In this document: positions 9,102 through 17,719 of the stretch, in pieces
Numbering within the stretch: position 1 is the stretch's first letter
How the letters are laid out: every line of letters starts with the position of its first letter
Assembly: GCA_965209055.1 (NCBI GenBank)
Contig: OZ242374.1
Span: 3,328,001-3,392,000 of the forward strand
DNA from: Acidobacteriota bacterium
Lineage (GTDB): Bacteria; Acidobacteriota; UBA6911; RPQK01; JAJDTT01
DNA length: 64,000 nucleotides
Reading direction: 5' to 3'
The notes under the pieces: generated by a model
The model's database searches: none
What the model was told of the DNA's origin: nothing
The model's input: only the letters and a program-made list of their open reading frames with translations
Translations under genes and position numbers: made by a program

Positions 9102-10442
9102 ATGAAACACTCCAGGTCCCCAATGCATCGGCGAGAGTTTCTCGGAACCACGGCGCGGCTCGGCGCGGGTTTGGGCGCGTCCGCGGTCGCAGGCGGAATT
9201 GCGTCGCGCCAGGCGACGGCGGCGGCAAGAACCGGGACCGACTCCGGCGAAAGGCCGAAAGCGACGGCCGACACCTGCATCTTCGTCTGGCTGGCCGGCG
9301 GCATGTGTCATCTCGACACGTTCGACCCCAAGCTCAAGGGGAACGGCGAGGAGATCGCCGGGAGCTACTACAATCCGATCAAAACCAGCGTGCCCGGGAT
9401 CCAGGTCTGCGAGCACCTGCCCCGGGTGGCGGAGCGCATGGACCGCTTCGCCATCGTCCGGTCGCTGAACCACAAGTTCAACGAACACACGCAGGCCGTC
9501 GACTTCGTGCATACCGGCCGGTTGGCGAGCGGGACCATCGTCTACCCCTCCATCGGCTCCATCGTGGCCCATCAACTGGGCGGATTCGATCCCAAGGCGC
9601 CGGCCTACGTGGTGGTGGGAAACCCCATGCAGCCCAGGGGACCGGGGTTCCTGGGCGGCAAGTCCAATTTCGTCTACCTGATCGATACGGAAGCCGGACC
9701 GGCCGGGCTCCGGCTGCCCGACGGGGTTTCGATTCAACAGTACGATGACTGGACCCGGACGCTGAAGAGCTTCTCCGAGCCCTACCTGAAGAAGCACGCC
9801 GATACGCCCATGGTCCAGGCCTACGCCTCGGTCATGGATCGGGGTTTCGAAATGATGAGCCCCAAGTTCCAGAGCGCCTTTTCTGTGAAGGAGGAGCCGT
9901 CCGAACTGCGCGAGGCCTACGGGAAGGAGTTCGGGCAGCGGCTGTTGTTGTCGAGGCGCCTGGTGGAGAACGGAATTCGATTCGTCGAGTGCTCGTTCAA
10001 CCTGCACTTCATCAACGGCTACGGGTGGGACGCGCACGCGTTCGCCCAGAAACGGGTCCACCTGCTGATCCGGCAACTCGATCGGGGGCTGTCGGTGCTG
10101 GTGGAAGACCTGGAGCGGCGCCGCCTGCTGGACCGGACCCTGGTGGTCGTGGCCACGGAATTCGGCCGCCCGCCCGAATTCGACGGACAGGGAGGCCGTG
10201 GACACCAGTGCGGCGGCTACTCCGTCGTGCTGTTCGGTGGCGGGGTCCGGGGCGGCCAAGCCATCGGGGCCACCGACGAACTGGGCAGGGAGATCGTGGA
10301 GCGCCCCGTCTCCATCCCCGATCTGCATGCCACGATCCATCGGGCGTTGGGCATCGATCCCGAAGAACCTCTCATGACGCCCGGGGGCCGGCCGGTCCCC
10401 ATCACCGATTTCGGCCGGCCGGTGGAAGAACTGTTCAGCTGA
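9102..10442 (+). CDS. DUF1501 family protein with Tat signal
   Basis: ATG 9102 after AAGGAG. RREFL leader, WLAGGMCHLDTFDPK, GWDAH, TEFGRPP and DLHATI motifs. Confidence 0.9.
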   Translation: MKHSRSPMHRREFLGTTARLGAGLGASAVAGGIASRQATAAARTGTDSGERPKATADTCIFVWLAGGMCHLDTFDPKLKGNGEEIAGSYYNPIKTSVPGIQVCEHLPRVAERMDRFAIVRSLNHKFNEHTQAVDFVHTGRLASGTIVYPSIGSIVAHQLGGFDPKAPAYVVVGNPMQPRGPGFLGGKSNFVYLIDTEAGPAGLRLPDGVSIQQYDDWTRTLKSFSEPYLKKHADTPMVQAYASVMDRGFEMMSPKFQSAFSVKEEPSELREAYGKEFGQRLLLSRRLVENGIRFVECSFNLHFINGYGWDAHAFAQKRVHLLIRQLDRGLSVLVEDLERRRLLDRTLVVVATEFGRPPEFDGQGGRGHQCGGYSVVLFGGGVRGGQAIGATDELGREIVERPVSIPDLHATIHRALGIDPEEPLMTPGGRPVPITDFGRPVEELFS

Positions 10443-10456
10443 CGTCTCGGCGGCGC

Positions 10457-12166
10457 CTACCAGAAGACGACGAACAGCAGCCAGCAGGCGACCACCAGGT
10501 AGAGTCCGATCCAGAGCTCGGGCCGCAGTCTCCAGGGTAGCCGGCCGCTGGGCGGAACCGGGAAGGGGTATCGGGGCTTGGACGGAGCCTGCAGCAGGGT
10601 CTTCTGGAGCCAGGTGCCCTCCAGGACCTTGAGGCGGTTTCCCATGAGCGACTTGAGATCCCGGTCCGATTCCTTCCGGCTGTAGATGAGCCCCTCCAGT
10701 TCCTCGTCCGTGGCCGGTCCCCGGAACAGGGTGATGATTCCCGACGCGACGACCATCACCGCCGCCGGCAGCAGCAGGTTCCACAAATAGGCCCACCAGA
10801 GGTTGGTGTACCAGGAGGGGAGGGGCCACTCGTAGTATTCCCCGATGAGCGCCGAAAAGCCGTAGATCAGCCCGGCCACAAGCCCCATGGATCCGGTGGC
10901 CCGGTGAACCCGGGTGAAGACTCCCATGAGGATGATGGTCATGAGGGGAACGGCGATGGCTCCGGCCAATCTCAGGTAGAAGGCCACCATTCCCGACTCC
11001 AGGAAGGGGACGTAGACGAAGCCCAGGGCGATGATGATGGGGACCGCGATCTTGCCCACCAGCGTGTAGTGGTCGTCCGTGGCGTTGCGCACCAGGAAGC
11101 GGGCGTAGACGTCGCGGACGAAGAGGCTCGAGATCCCCATGCCGATGGAGGCGAACGTCGAGTAACCGGCCGCCACCAGACCGGCCAGAACCAGGCCGAT
11201 GAGGCCCGCCGGCAGGTACTCCCGGACCAGCATGGGATAGGCGGAATCGATGATCGCCAGATCCGGAAAATGGGCCCGCGCCAAGGGCCCGAGGCTGACG
11301 TTGAACCAGAGGCAGACGGCCGTGATCACGCTGGCCAGCACGGCGCCCATCTTGAAGTCCCATTCCGACCGGGCCCCCAGGAAGCGGATGGCCTCGTACT
11401 GGTTGATGACGGCGTAGGTGACCAGTACCACCACCAGCCCGAAGACCATGAGGATGGGTGTGGCGCCCTCGGGCGTGTAGCCCCCCACGTGGAGCAGCTC
11501 CCCGGGCAGGGATTCGTCCACCTCGGCCAGCTTTCTGGTGAGGCCGCTCATGCCGCCGGTGCTGAACCAGACCACCCCCCAGAGCACCAGCGAGGAGACG
11601 ATCATGGCCACGGCCTGCAGGGCGTTGGTGATGACGTCCGACTCCAGCCCGCCGGTGACCACGTAGACCACGGCCGTCGCCGCCACCAGGACCACGACCA
11701 CCCAGGCCCAGGTGGCGTCCAGCTCTCCGATGATGTGCAGGACCAGGTAGAGGGAGAAAAAGATGTTGCCCACCACGTTGGTGCGGGACTGGATGTTGAT
11801 GAATACGGCCAGGATCCGGGTGAGGGGGCCGAACCGGAACTCGAGCCACTCGGCGTTGGTGTAAACGCCGGAGCGGTACATGGGAATGATGACGAAGCAA
11901 CTGAGCACGAACCAGCCGGCGGTGATGCCCAGCCACCACTGGGTGAGCTGGGAGAGGCCGAAGCGGTAGGCGCCGCCGGCGATCGCCACATAATCGCCGC
12001 TGTCCACGGCGGTGGAGAAGGCGGAGAGTCCCACGGCCCACCAGGGCAGGGATTTGGCGGCCAGGTACCAGTCGAAGCTCTTCCGGATGCCTTTGAAGGT
12101 GATGAGGCCGTAGAGGACGATGCCCAGGTTGACCACCACGACCAGCAGCCAGTCTACAAGGGTCAT
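10457..12166 (-). CDS. Sodium:solute symporter (SSS family)
   Basis: YLAAKSLPWWAVGLS, EWLEFRFG and YVVTGG motifs, many TM helices. Confidence 0.9.
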   Translation of the reverse strand: MTLVDWLLVVVVNLGIVLYGLITFKGIRKSFDWYLAAKSLPWWAVGLSAFSTAVDSGDYVAIAGGAYRFGLSQLTQWWLGITAGWFVLSCFVIIPMYRSGVYTNAEWLEFRFGPLTRILAVFINIQSRTNVVGNIFFSLYLVLHIIGELDATWAWVVVVLVAATAVVYVVTGGLESDVITNALQAVAMIVSSLVLWGVVWFSTGGMSGLTRKLAEVDESLPGELLHVGGYTPEGATPILMVFGLVVVLVTYAVINQYEAIRFLGARSEWDFKMGAVLASVITAVCLWFNVSLGPLARAHFPDLAIIDSAYPMLVREYLPAGLIGLVLAGLVAAGYSTFASIGMGISSLFVRDVYARFLVRNATDDHYTLVGKIAVPIIIALGFVYVPFLESGMVAFYLRLAGAIAVPLMTIILMGVFTRVHRATGSMGLVAGLIYGFSALIGEYYEWPLPSWYTNLWWAYLWNLLLPAAVMVVASGIITLFRGPATDEELEGLIYSRKESDRDLKSLMGNRLKVLEGTWLQKTLLQAPSKPRYPFPVPPSGRLPWRLRPELWIGLYLVVACWLLFVVFW

Positions 12167-12229
12167 GGAGTCCTCTCGGTCATGGTCCAGAAGAATAGCA
12201 GAGATCCGGTTGTCTGCCCTGTCAACGGG

Positions 12230-12595
12230 TCACGGCCTGCGGGTGGGGAGACGCAGGATGACGACGGGGATCACGATGGCAACAATGGCCAGAAGTGCCT
12301 GCACCCACGGATGCGGGAGTTGGTAGGCGGACCAGCCGACGGTGGCCCAGAGCAGCAGAACCAGCAGGATCTTGGTCCGAAGCGGCAGGCCTCGTTTCTC
12401 TCGATAGTCGCGAATGTAATCCCCGGTCCAGCGGTGGTTCATCAGCCAACGGTAGAGGCGGGGAGAACTGCGGACGTAGCAGGCGGCGGCCAGCAGCAGA
12501 AAGGGGGTCGTGGGGAGCAGGGGCAGAAAGATGCCGGCGATTCCCAGCGCCACCGAGATGCTCCCGGCGACGACGAGAAGGGGTCTGATCAGCAT
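12230..12595 (-). CDS. YbaN/DUF454 family membrane protein
   Basis: GIFLPLLPTTPFLLLAAACYVRSSPRLYRWL signature. Confidence 0.9.
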   Translation of the reverse strand: MLIRPLLVVAGSISVALGIAGIFLPLLPTTPFLLLAAACYVRSSPRLYRWLMNHRWTGDYIRDYREKRGLPLRTKILLVLLLWATVGWSAYQLPHPWVQALLAIVAIVIPVVILRLPTRRP

Positions 12596-12742
12596 TGGTT
12601 CAGGTTACTACGGTGTGTAGAAGAGGTATCGGGGCGCCCGTGGCATTGGAGGGGATTGTCGGTCTGGAGATCGGCGCGTGAAAGATGGTGGTCCTTGACG
12701 GCGTTTTACTGCTCGCGTTGTCTCCGCTAAATTCACGTCTTT

Positions 12743-13591
12743 TTAGAAGTAGGTGATCAGGCCGATCGACAGGTTGGTGCCGCGGGCCGTCACACTGGCG
12801 GGGACGGTCACTGCAACGTCGCTGAAGGGCGTGGTCCAGCGTTCATTGCCGGACTTCGGACGGCGCACCTCCGCGCGAAACCCGATGTGATCGCCGAACA
12901 TTTTTTCCACTCCGGCGCCGGCCACCCAGCCCTTGTAATCCTGGTCGCGGGAAGTTGTTCCCGACGTGAACTCGCCGGATGCGCAGGGGACGGGACTCAG
13001 GCAGCCGTCGAAGCGAGTCGTGAACTCCGCTTCAACCAGACGGATGCCTGCGAGGCCGTAGAGGCGCAGATCCCAGAAATTCAGCGGGCCGGGGCTGCCG
13101 CCCAGCTTGAACGCCACTCCGTAGCTCCGCTTTTTCTCGAACGACCAGTCTTCCGGCCAGCTCTCTCCCAGCTGATTGCGGCCGGGGGACGATCCGATCC
13201 CCGGCAATCGGCCGTCCACCGTGCCGCGGGGCAGCTCGACGTCGAATTCGACACTCGCGAAAAAACCGGTCGCGGGAAAGGGCAGGTGATAGCCGGCTAC
13301 GAAGCCGAATCCATAGGTCAGAGATTTGGAGGAATCCTGGTCCTGGAGAATCTGGCCGGCCTGCGGCGCAGGCACCAGAGTGTTCGGGTCGGTGTTGTCC
13401 ACGGTCTTCTCGAAGGTGACGTCGAGATATTCCATGGGAACCGTGACGCCGACGTAAAAGCCCCGGTCCTGGGCAAGCGCCGGGACCATCCGGGTCAAGA
13501 GGATCAGGAGTACGGTCCCCGATACGGCGGACAACCCTCGATGGATCGATAATGGGGGGAGGCGCCGTGCCCGGGCCGCTCGGTTCATCAA
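12743..13591 (-). CDS. Outer-membrane beta-barrel protein
   Basis: Signal peptide (ALAQ), GFYVG first strand, GWVAGAGVE, amphipathic strands, terminal Phe (LITYF). Confidence 0.7.
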   Translation of the reverse strand: MMNRAARARRLPPLSIHRGLSAVSGTVLLILLTRMVPALAQDRGFYVGVTVPMEYLDVTFEKTVDNTDPNTLVPAPQAGQILQDQDSSKSLTYGFGFVAGYHLPFPATGFFASVEFDVELPRGTVDGRLPGIGSSPGRNQLGESWPEDWSFEKKRSYGVAFKLGGSPGPLNFWDLRLYGLAGIRLVEAEFTTRFDGCLSPVPCASGEFTSGTTSRDQDYKGWVAGAGVEKMFGDHIGFRAEVRRPKSGNERWTTPFSDVAVTVPASVTARGTNLSIGLITYF

Positions 13592-13725
13592 TGAAACTCC
13601 ATCAGGGACAAGTGTTTCGTGGACGGCTTCGGGCGGAGTCTACTGAATGCTCCTGACAGTTTGACTGGAGGCCGATCGGTGATGCAAGTTCCGTCCTGAC
13701 TCCTCAACGCGCGCCCCAAACACCT

Positions 13726-14526
13726 CTACGGACCGAAACGGTGAATCAGGCCGAAGCGGACGATGCCCAACCGGTTTCTCACCTTGTAAGGACACGGACG
13801 GCGGGGGTTCCCCGGTCCGCACCGGTTGTTCCCGGAGTGGTTGACGGTATGGGTGCTCCACCCGAAGTCCAGAAACGAACCCTCTACCCGAAACCTCCAG
13901 GCACCGGTCAGCGGGGCCTCGATGCCGGCGCCGATCACGGGGCCCAGACCGGTCGTGCCGGCGCGAAACGAATCGTCCGGGTCCCAAAGGGGGAGAATGT
14001 TCCGGCCCGAATCGATGTCGGTGACAAAATTGGTGATTCCGGCAGCCGCCAGGCCGGCGGTGGCGAATGCCGTCGCCACCCCCACAGGCAGGTCGAAGCC
14101 GACACGTCCCGTGGCGACCCAATCGATATTCGAACCGGCCGTCTCGTCCAGCCCTTCAGGATCGAGCCGGTTCGATCTGCCGGACAGGTCGCCGAACGTG
14201 CCGTCGAATTCGATCCGGAGCCGGACACCCCCAAGGCCGAACTTCGTTCCCAGGAGCACCCCGGCGACGAACCGGTTGTCGCCGTAGTCGAGCCGGTATC
14301 CCGGTTGACCCCAGTTTGCGAAACCTTCGATGTCGACGATCCGGTTGCCCGCGAGGCCGGAGCCGATGAAGATTCCGGTATAGGTTTCCGCCGTGCCCGA
14401 ATCCGAATCGTCGCTCGCCGCGCCGGCCGGAATGCCGGTCGCCAATACAAGCATTGCCGAAAGGGCAGGGATCGCTCCGCGCCACGAGATGCCGGACCTG
14501 TGAGCGGGCTGGCGGCTGTGTTGCAT
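13726..14526 (-). CDS. Outer-membrane beta-barrel protein (Omp25/31-like)
   Basis: Signal peptide, WVATGRVGF, ATAGLA, GAGIE and VRFGLIHRF motifs. Start could be 14526 or 14556. Confidence 0.7.
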   Translation of the reverse strand: MQHSRQPAHRSGISWRGAIPALSAMLVLATGIPAGAASDDSDSGTAETYTGIFIGSGLAGNRIVDIEGFANWGQPGYRLDYGDNRFVAGVLLGTKFGLGGVRLRIEFDGTFGDLSGRSNRLDPEGLDETAGSNIDWVATGRVGFDLPVGVATAFATAGLAAAGITNFVTDIDSGRNILPLWDPDDSFRAGTTGLGPVIGAGIEAPLTGAWRFRVEGSFLDFGWSTHTVNHSGNNRCGPGNPRRPCPYKVRNRLGIVRFGLIHRFGP

Positions 14527-14583
14527 AGCCTTCTTTCCAGAAACTAGAATTCGCATTAATTATGCCTCACGGGGGGGACCATC

Positions 14584-15423
14584 ATGGCCAATGAGAAGAG
14601 TGGGAGGATGGAGGCGAAGCGCGTCCTGGTCACGGGCGCGGGGACCGGGATTGGGCGGGGCATCGCCCTGGAGTTCGCCGCGGAGGGAGCCGCGGTGGTG
14701 CTCCACTACTGCCACAGCAGCGCCGGCTGCCAGTCGGCCGTGGAGGAGATCCGGAGCTCCGGGGGGCGAGCCTTCGCCGTGGGCGCCGATTTCCGGCGGA
14801 TGGAGTCGGTCCAGGGCCTGGCGGCAACCTCGGCAGAGCTTCTGGGCGGAATCGACGTCTTGGTCAACAACTCCGGCGTAACGGCGAACAGCCCGTTCGA
14901 GGAGACCAGTCCCCACCAATTCGACACTCTCTTCGACATCAACTTCAAAGCCATGTTCTTTCTGACCCAGGCGGTGCTGCCCGCAATGGTCGAACAGGAT
15001 AGGGGCGCGGTCATCAATCTGACTTCGGTCCATGCCTATGCGGGTTTGGTCGAGCACTCGGTCTACGCCGCCTCCAAGGGAGCCATCGTGGCGTTCACCC
15101 GCGAGGTCTCGTTGGAGCTGATCCAGAAGGGGGTTCGCGTCAACGCCATCGCGCCGGGCTGGGTCCGGGTCCCGAATCAGGAGAGGGTCCTGGGAGAGAA
15201 TTTCGACTGGGAAGCGGCCGGGAAGACGCTGCCCGCCGGTTTCGTCGGCACTCCCCGGGACATCGGCCGTCTGGCCGTCTTTCTGGCGTCCGAGGAATCG
15301 CGCTACATCGTGGGACAAACGCTGGTCATCGACGGAGGCCAACTGGCGATCATGCCCAATACGGGCGATTTCCGTGGCCGGCGCCGTTTCCGGTTCGGAG
15401 AGGATTACGTGGGAGTTCCCTGA
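14584..15423 (+). CDS. Short-chain dehydrogenase/reductase
   Basis: TGAGTGIG, NNSG, YAASK and VNAIAPG motifs. Confidence 0.95.
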   Translation: MANEKSGRMEAKRVLVTGAGTGIGRGIALEFAAEGAAVVLHYCHSSAGCQSAVEEIRSSGGRAFAVGADFRRMESVQGLAATSAELLGGIDVLVNNSGVTANSPFEETSPHQFDTLFDINFKAMFFLTQAVLPAMVEQDRGAVINLTSVHAYAGLVEHSVYAASKGAIVAFTREVSLELIQKGVRVNAIAPGWVRVPNQERVLGENFDWEAAGKTLPAGFVGTPRDIGRLAVFLASEESRYIVGQTLVIDGGQLAIMPNTGDFRGRRRFRFGEDYVGVP

Positions 15424-15443
15424 ATCGGGGGCAGTTCCGGGAG

Positions 15444-16331
15444 TCAGGTCCCGAGGCGGGACCGGAACTCGGGCACGCCCGCAGACCCGGGCTTGAGGAC
15501 GATGAGCGCGCCGGCCGCCGGTCCCAGGTCCTCGTCTTCCGGATGGTTCCCGGTAGTGACGTAGAGGTCCGAAAGGTCCTCTCCTCCGAAGGCCACGCTG
15601 GCGGTGAACCTGGCCGGCAGTTCGATGGTCCGCTTCCGGCTGCCGTCGGCGCCGAACTGGAGCACCTTTCCCCCCATGGCCATGGCGATCCAGAGGTTGT
15701 CCTCGGCGTCCAGGGTCATGCCGTCGGCGTGCCCGTCGCGGGCGGCGTCGAATCGCAGAAAGGCGCGCTTCCGGCCGATGTCGCCGGTGCGGGGATCGTA
15801 GTCGAATTTCCAGACCACGTTTTCCAGGGAGTCGATGAAGTAGAAGGAACGGCGGTCGGAGGTGAAGGCCATGCCGTTGGGGATTCCAACCCCTTCCAGC
15901 ACCACTTCGAATGATCCATCGCGATCCAGCCGGTAAAGACGTCCCCGCTTCCGTTCCAGATCTTCGAAGGGCATGGCGCCGGCGAAAACCCGGCCCCCGG
16001 GATCGGCGATGACGTCGTTGAAACGCCCGCCGGACTCGGCCGGGATGTCCTCCAGGAGCGTTCCGGCGACCCGGCCGTCCCTCCAGACCGCCACGGTGCA
16101 CCGGTCCATGAAAAACAGCAGCGAGCCGTCTGCCTGGAGTGTCATCCCGCCCACCATCCGGCCTTCGTAACAGAGCCGGCTCTCGCCGGTGGCGGGTTCG
16201 TACCAGTAGATCCGGCTCGACAGGATGTCTGTCCAGTAGAGCCTGCCCTCGCCGGGGTGCCAGACCGGCCCTTCCCCGACCGTGCAACGGAGATCGGCGG
16301 CGATCTGGAACTCAGGGGCTCCTCGGGTCAT
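15444..16331 (-). CDS. SMP-30/gluconolactonase family protein
   Basis: GEGPVW, RFND, PNGMAF, DGMTLDAEDNLW and AFGGEDL motifs. Confidence 0.95.
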   Translation of the reverse strand: MTRGAPEFQIAADLRCTVGEGPVWHPGEGRLYWTDILSSRIYWYEPATGESRLCYEGRMVGGMTLQADGSLLFFMDRCTVAVWRDGRVAGTLLEDIPAESGGRFNDVIADPGGRVFAGAMPFEDLERKRGRLYRLDRDGSFEVVLEGVGIPNGMAFTSDRRSFYFIDSLENVVWKFDYDPRTGDIGRKRAFLRFDAARDGHADGMTLDAEDNLWIAMAMGGKVLQFGADGSRKRTIELPARFTASVAFGGEDLSDLYVTTGNHPEDEDLGPAAGALIVLKPGSAGVPEFRSRLGT

Positions 16332-16351
16332 GGACTCTGCTCCTGCCGGAT

Positions 16352-17503
16352 TCAGTACCGGCCGTACTCCCTGCCGGCCTCCGCAAACGCCTGGATGTTT
16401 CCCGGAGCCGAATCCATGATCTGGCCGGTGGACCGAAGAACGTAGCGGCCTCCGGCAGCGGCCGCGTCAAGGCAGCGTCTCACTTCGTCCCGAACCGCCT
16501 CGGTCCCGCCCTCCGGCAAAACGCGTTCGTTGAATCCTCCGTTGAGAGTGATTCGATCCCCGACCCGGCGCTTGGACTCGGCTAGGTCGAAGTCGCCCGA
16601 CGAGGTCTTGGGAGTCAGCGTCTCCAGCGAATGGGCGCCGGTGTCGGCCATGTCCTCGATGAAGGCCTGGCCGCAGCCGCAGTTGTGATAGCTGACCAGG
16701 AACCCCGCCTCCTTGGCCGCTTCCACCACCGCCTTGTCGTAGGGGTACATGAAGCTCCGGAACTGCTGGGGAGAAAATCCGATCCCGACCCACGACTGGT
16801 CGTAGAGAATGGAATGAACTCCGGTGGCGGCCAGGTGGCGGACCCGGCGGATGGCCCGGTCCCGGAGGAATTCGGAGAACTTCTCCACAAACCGCGGCTG
16901 GTCGATGAGGTCGCAGGCCATGGTCACGAGTCCGCGCATGTTGGACGCCTCGCCCCAGACTCCCATGAAACAGTGCATGAAGAAGGCCCGGTCTCCGGCC
17001 GCATCCACCATGGCTTTCAGCCTGTCCTGGTTCACGCTCTCCGGCTCCGGCAGGTAGCGAATGCAGAGGTCCAGGTCGCGCTCGTTCTTGACGGCCGGCT
17101 CCACCTCGGCCACCTGTCCCTCGCCCATCCGGTAGCTCCAGGTGACGGGTCCCTCGGGAGTGGTCGCCGTGAAACGGTGGGTGCGAAAGTTCCGGGCGTC
17201 CTCTTGGACCTCTTCTTCCACCCTCCAGGTCTCCAGTGCCTCTTCCGGCCAACTGTAGAGCAGCCGGGGATACCGATGCATGGAGAACCGGCGCTCGTCC
17301 GGCGTCACCACCACCGGGTCCAGGCCCAGGTCCTCCTGGATCCGGACCATCTCAAGCGGGTCTTGCACCAGGCCCTCCAGTACGGCGCGGGGTCCTTGAC
17401 CGGTGAGCCGCCGCAGGAGCGGCATTCCCAGCCAAGCGCAGACCGGAACCCGGTCGGTGGGTCGTCCGGTGTAGGCGGCTTCGAAACGATCGCGGGTGTC
17501 CAT
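16352..17503 (-). CDS. Uroporphyrinogen decarboxylase / MtaA-CmuA-like methyltransferase family protein
   Basis: DRVPV at the N-terminus, HNCG metal-site motif, TIM-barrel end GGRYVLRSTG...PGNI. Confidence 0.8.
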   Translation of the reverse strand: MDTRDRFEAAYTGRPTDRVPVCAWLGMPLLRRLTGQGPRAVLEGLVQDPLEMVRIQEDLGLDPVVVTPDERRFSMHRYPRLLYSWPEEALETWRVEEEVQEDARNFRTHRFTATTPEGPVTWSYRMGEGQVAEVEPAVKNERDLDLCIRYLPEPESVNQDRLKAMVDAAGDRAFFMHCFMGVWGEASNMRGLVTMACDLIDQPRFVEKFSEFLRDRAIRRVRHLAATGVHSILYDQSWVGIGFSPQQFRSFMYPYDKAVVEAAKEAGFLVSYHNCGCGQAFIEDMADTGAHSLETLTPKTSSGDFDLAESKRRVGDRITLNGGFNERVLPEGGTEAVRDEVRRCLDAAAAGGRYVLRSTGQIMDSAPGNIQAFAEAGREYGRY

Positions 17504-17631
17504 GCGTAGTCCCGGAAGGGAAACTCATGGTAGCCCATGGTGTCGGAGCAGGGCAACGAAACGGGGTCTGCCCGAAGTCCGAATTGGACCATTCCGGCTG
17601 TCGATGGTGTGGAATAAATCGACGCAGCTTT

Positions 17632-17650
17632 GTGCTATGATTCATAGTAC
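17632..17650. promoter_or_regulatory. Palindromic operator overlapping an extended -10 in a divergent promoter region
   Basis: GTGCTATGA-T-TCATAGTAC (9-bp arms, 1 mismatch) contains TGcTATGAT. Confidence 0.45.
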
Positions 17651-17719
17651 GTGTATCGCCAAAATGGGTCAGATCAGAGTGTTGATGGTCTCTGCAAAGC
17701 ATCCCCTGGGTTGAAGACG

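Noticed and set aside
9060-12041. 993-aa minus-strand ORF
   Set aside because: Arg/Gly/Pro-rich off-frame read overlapping the SSS transporter and antisense to DUF1501.
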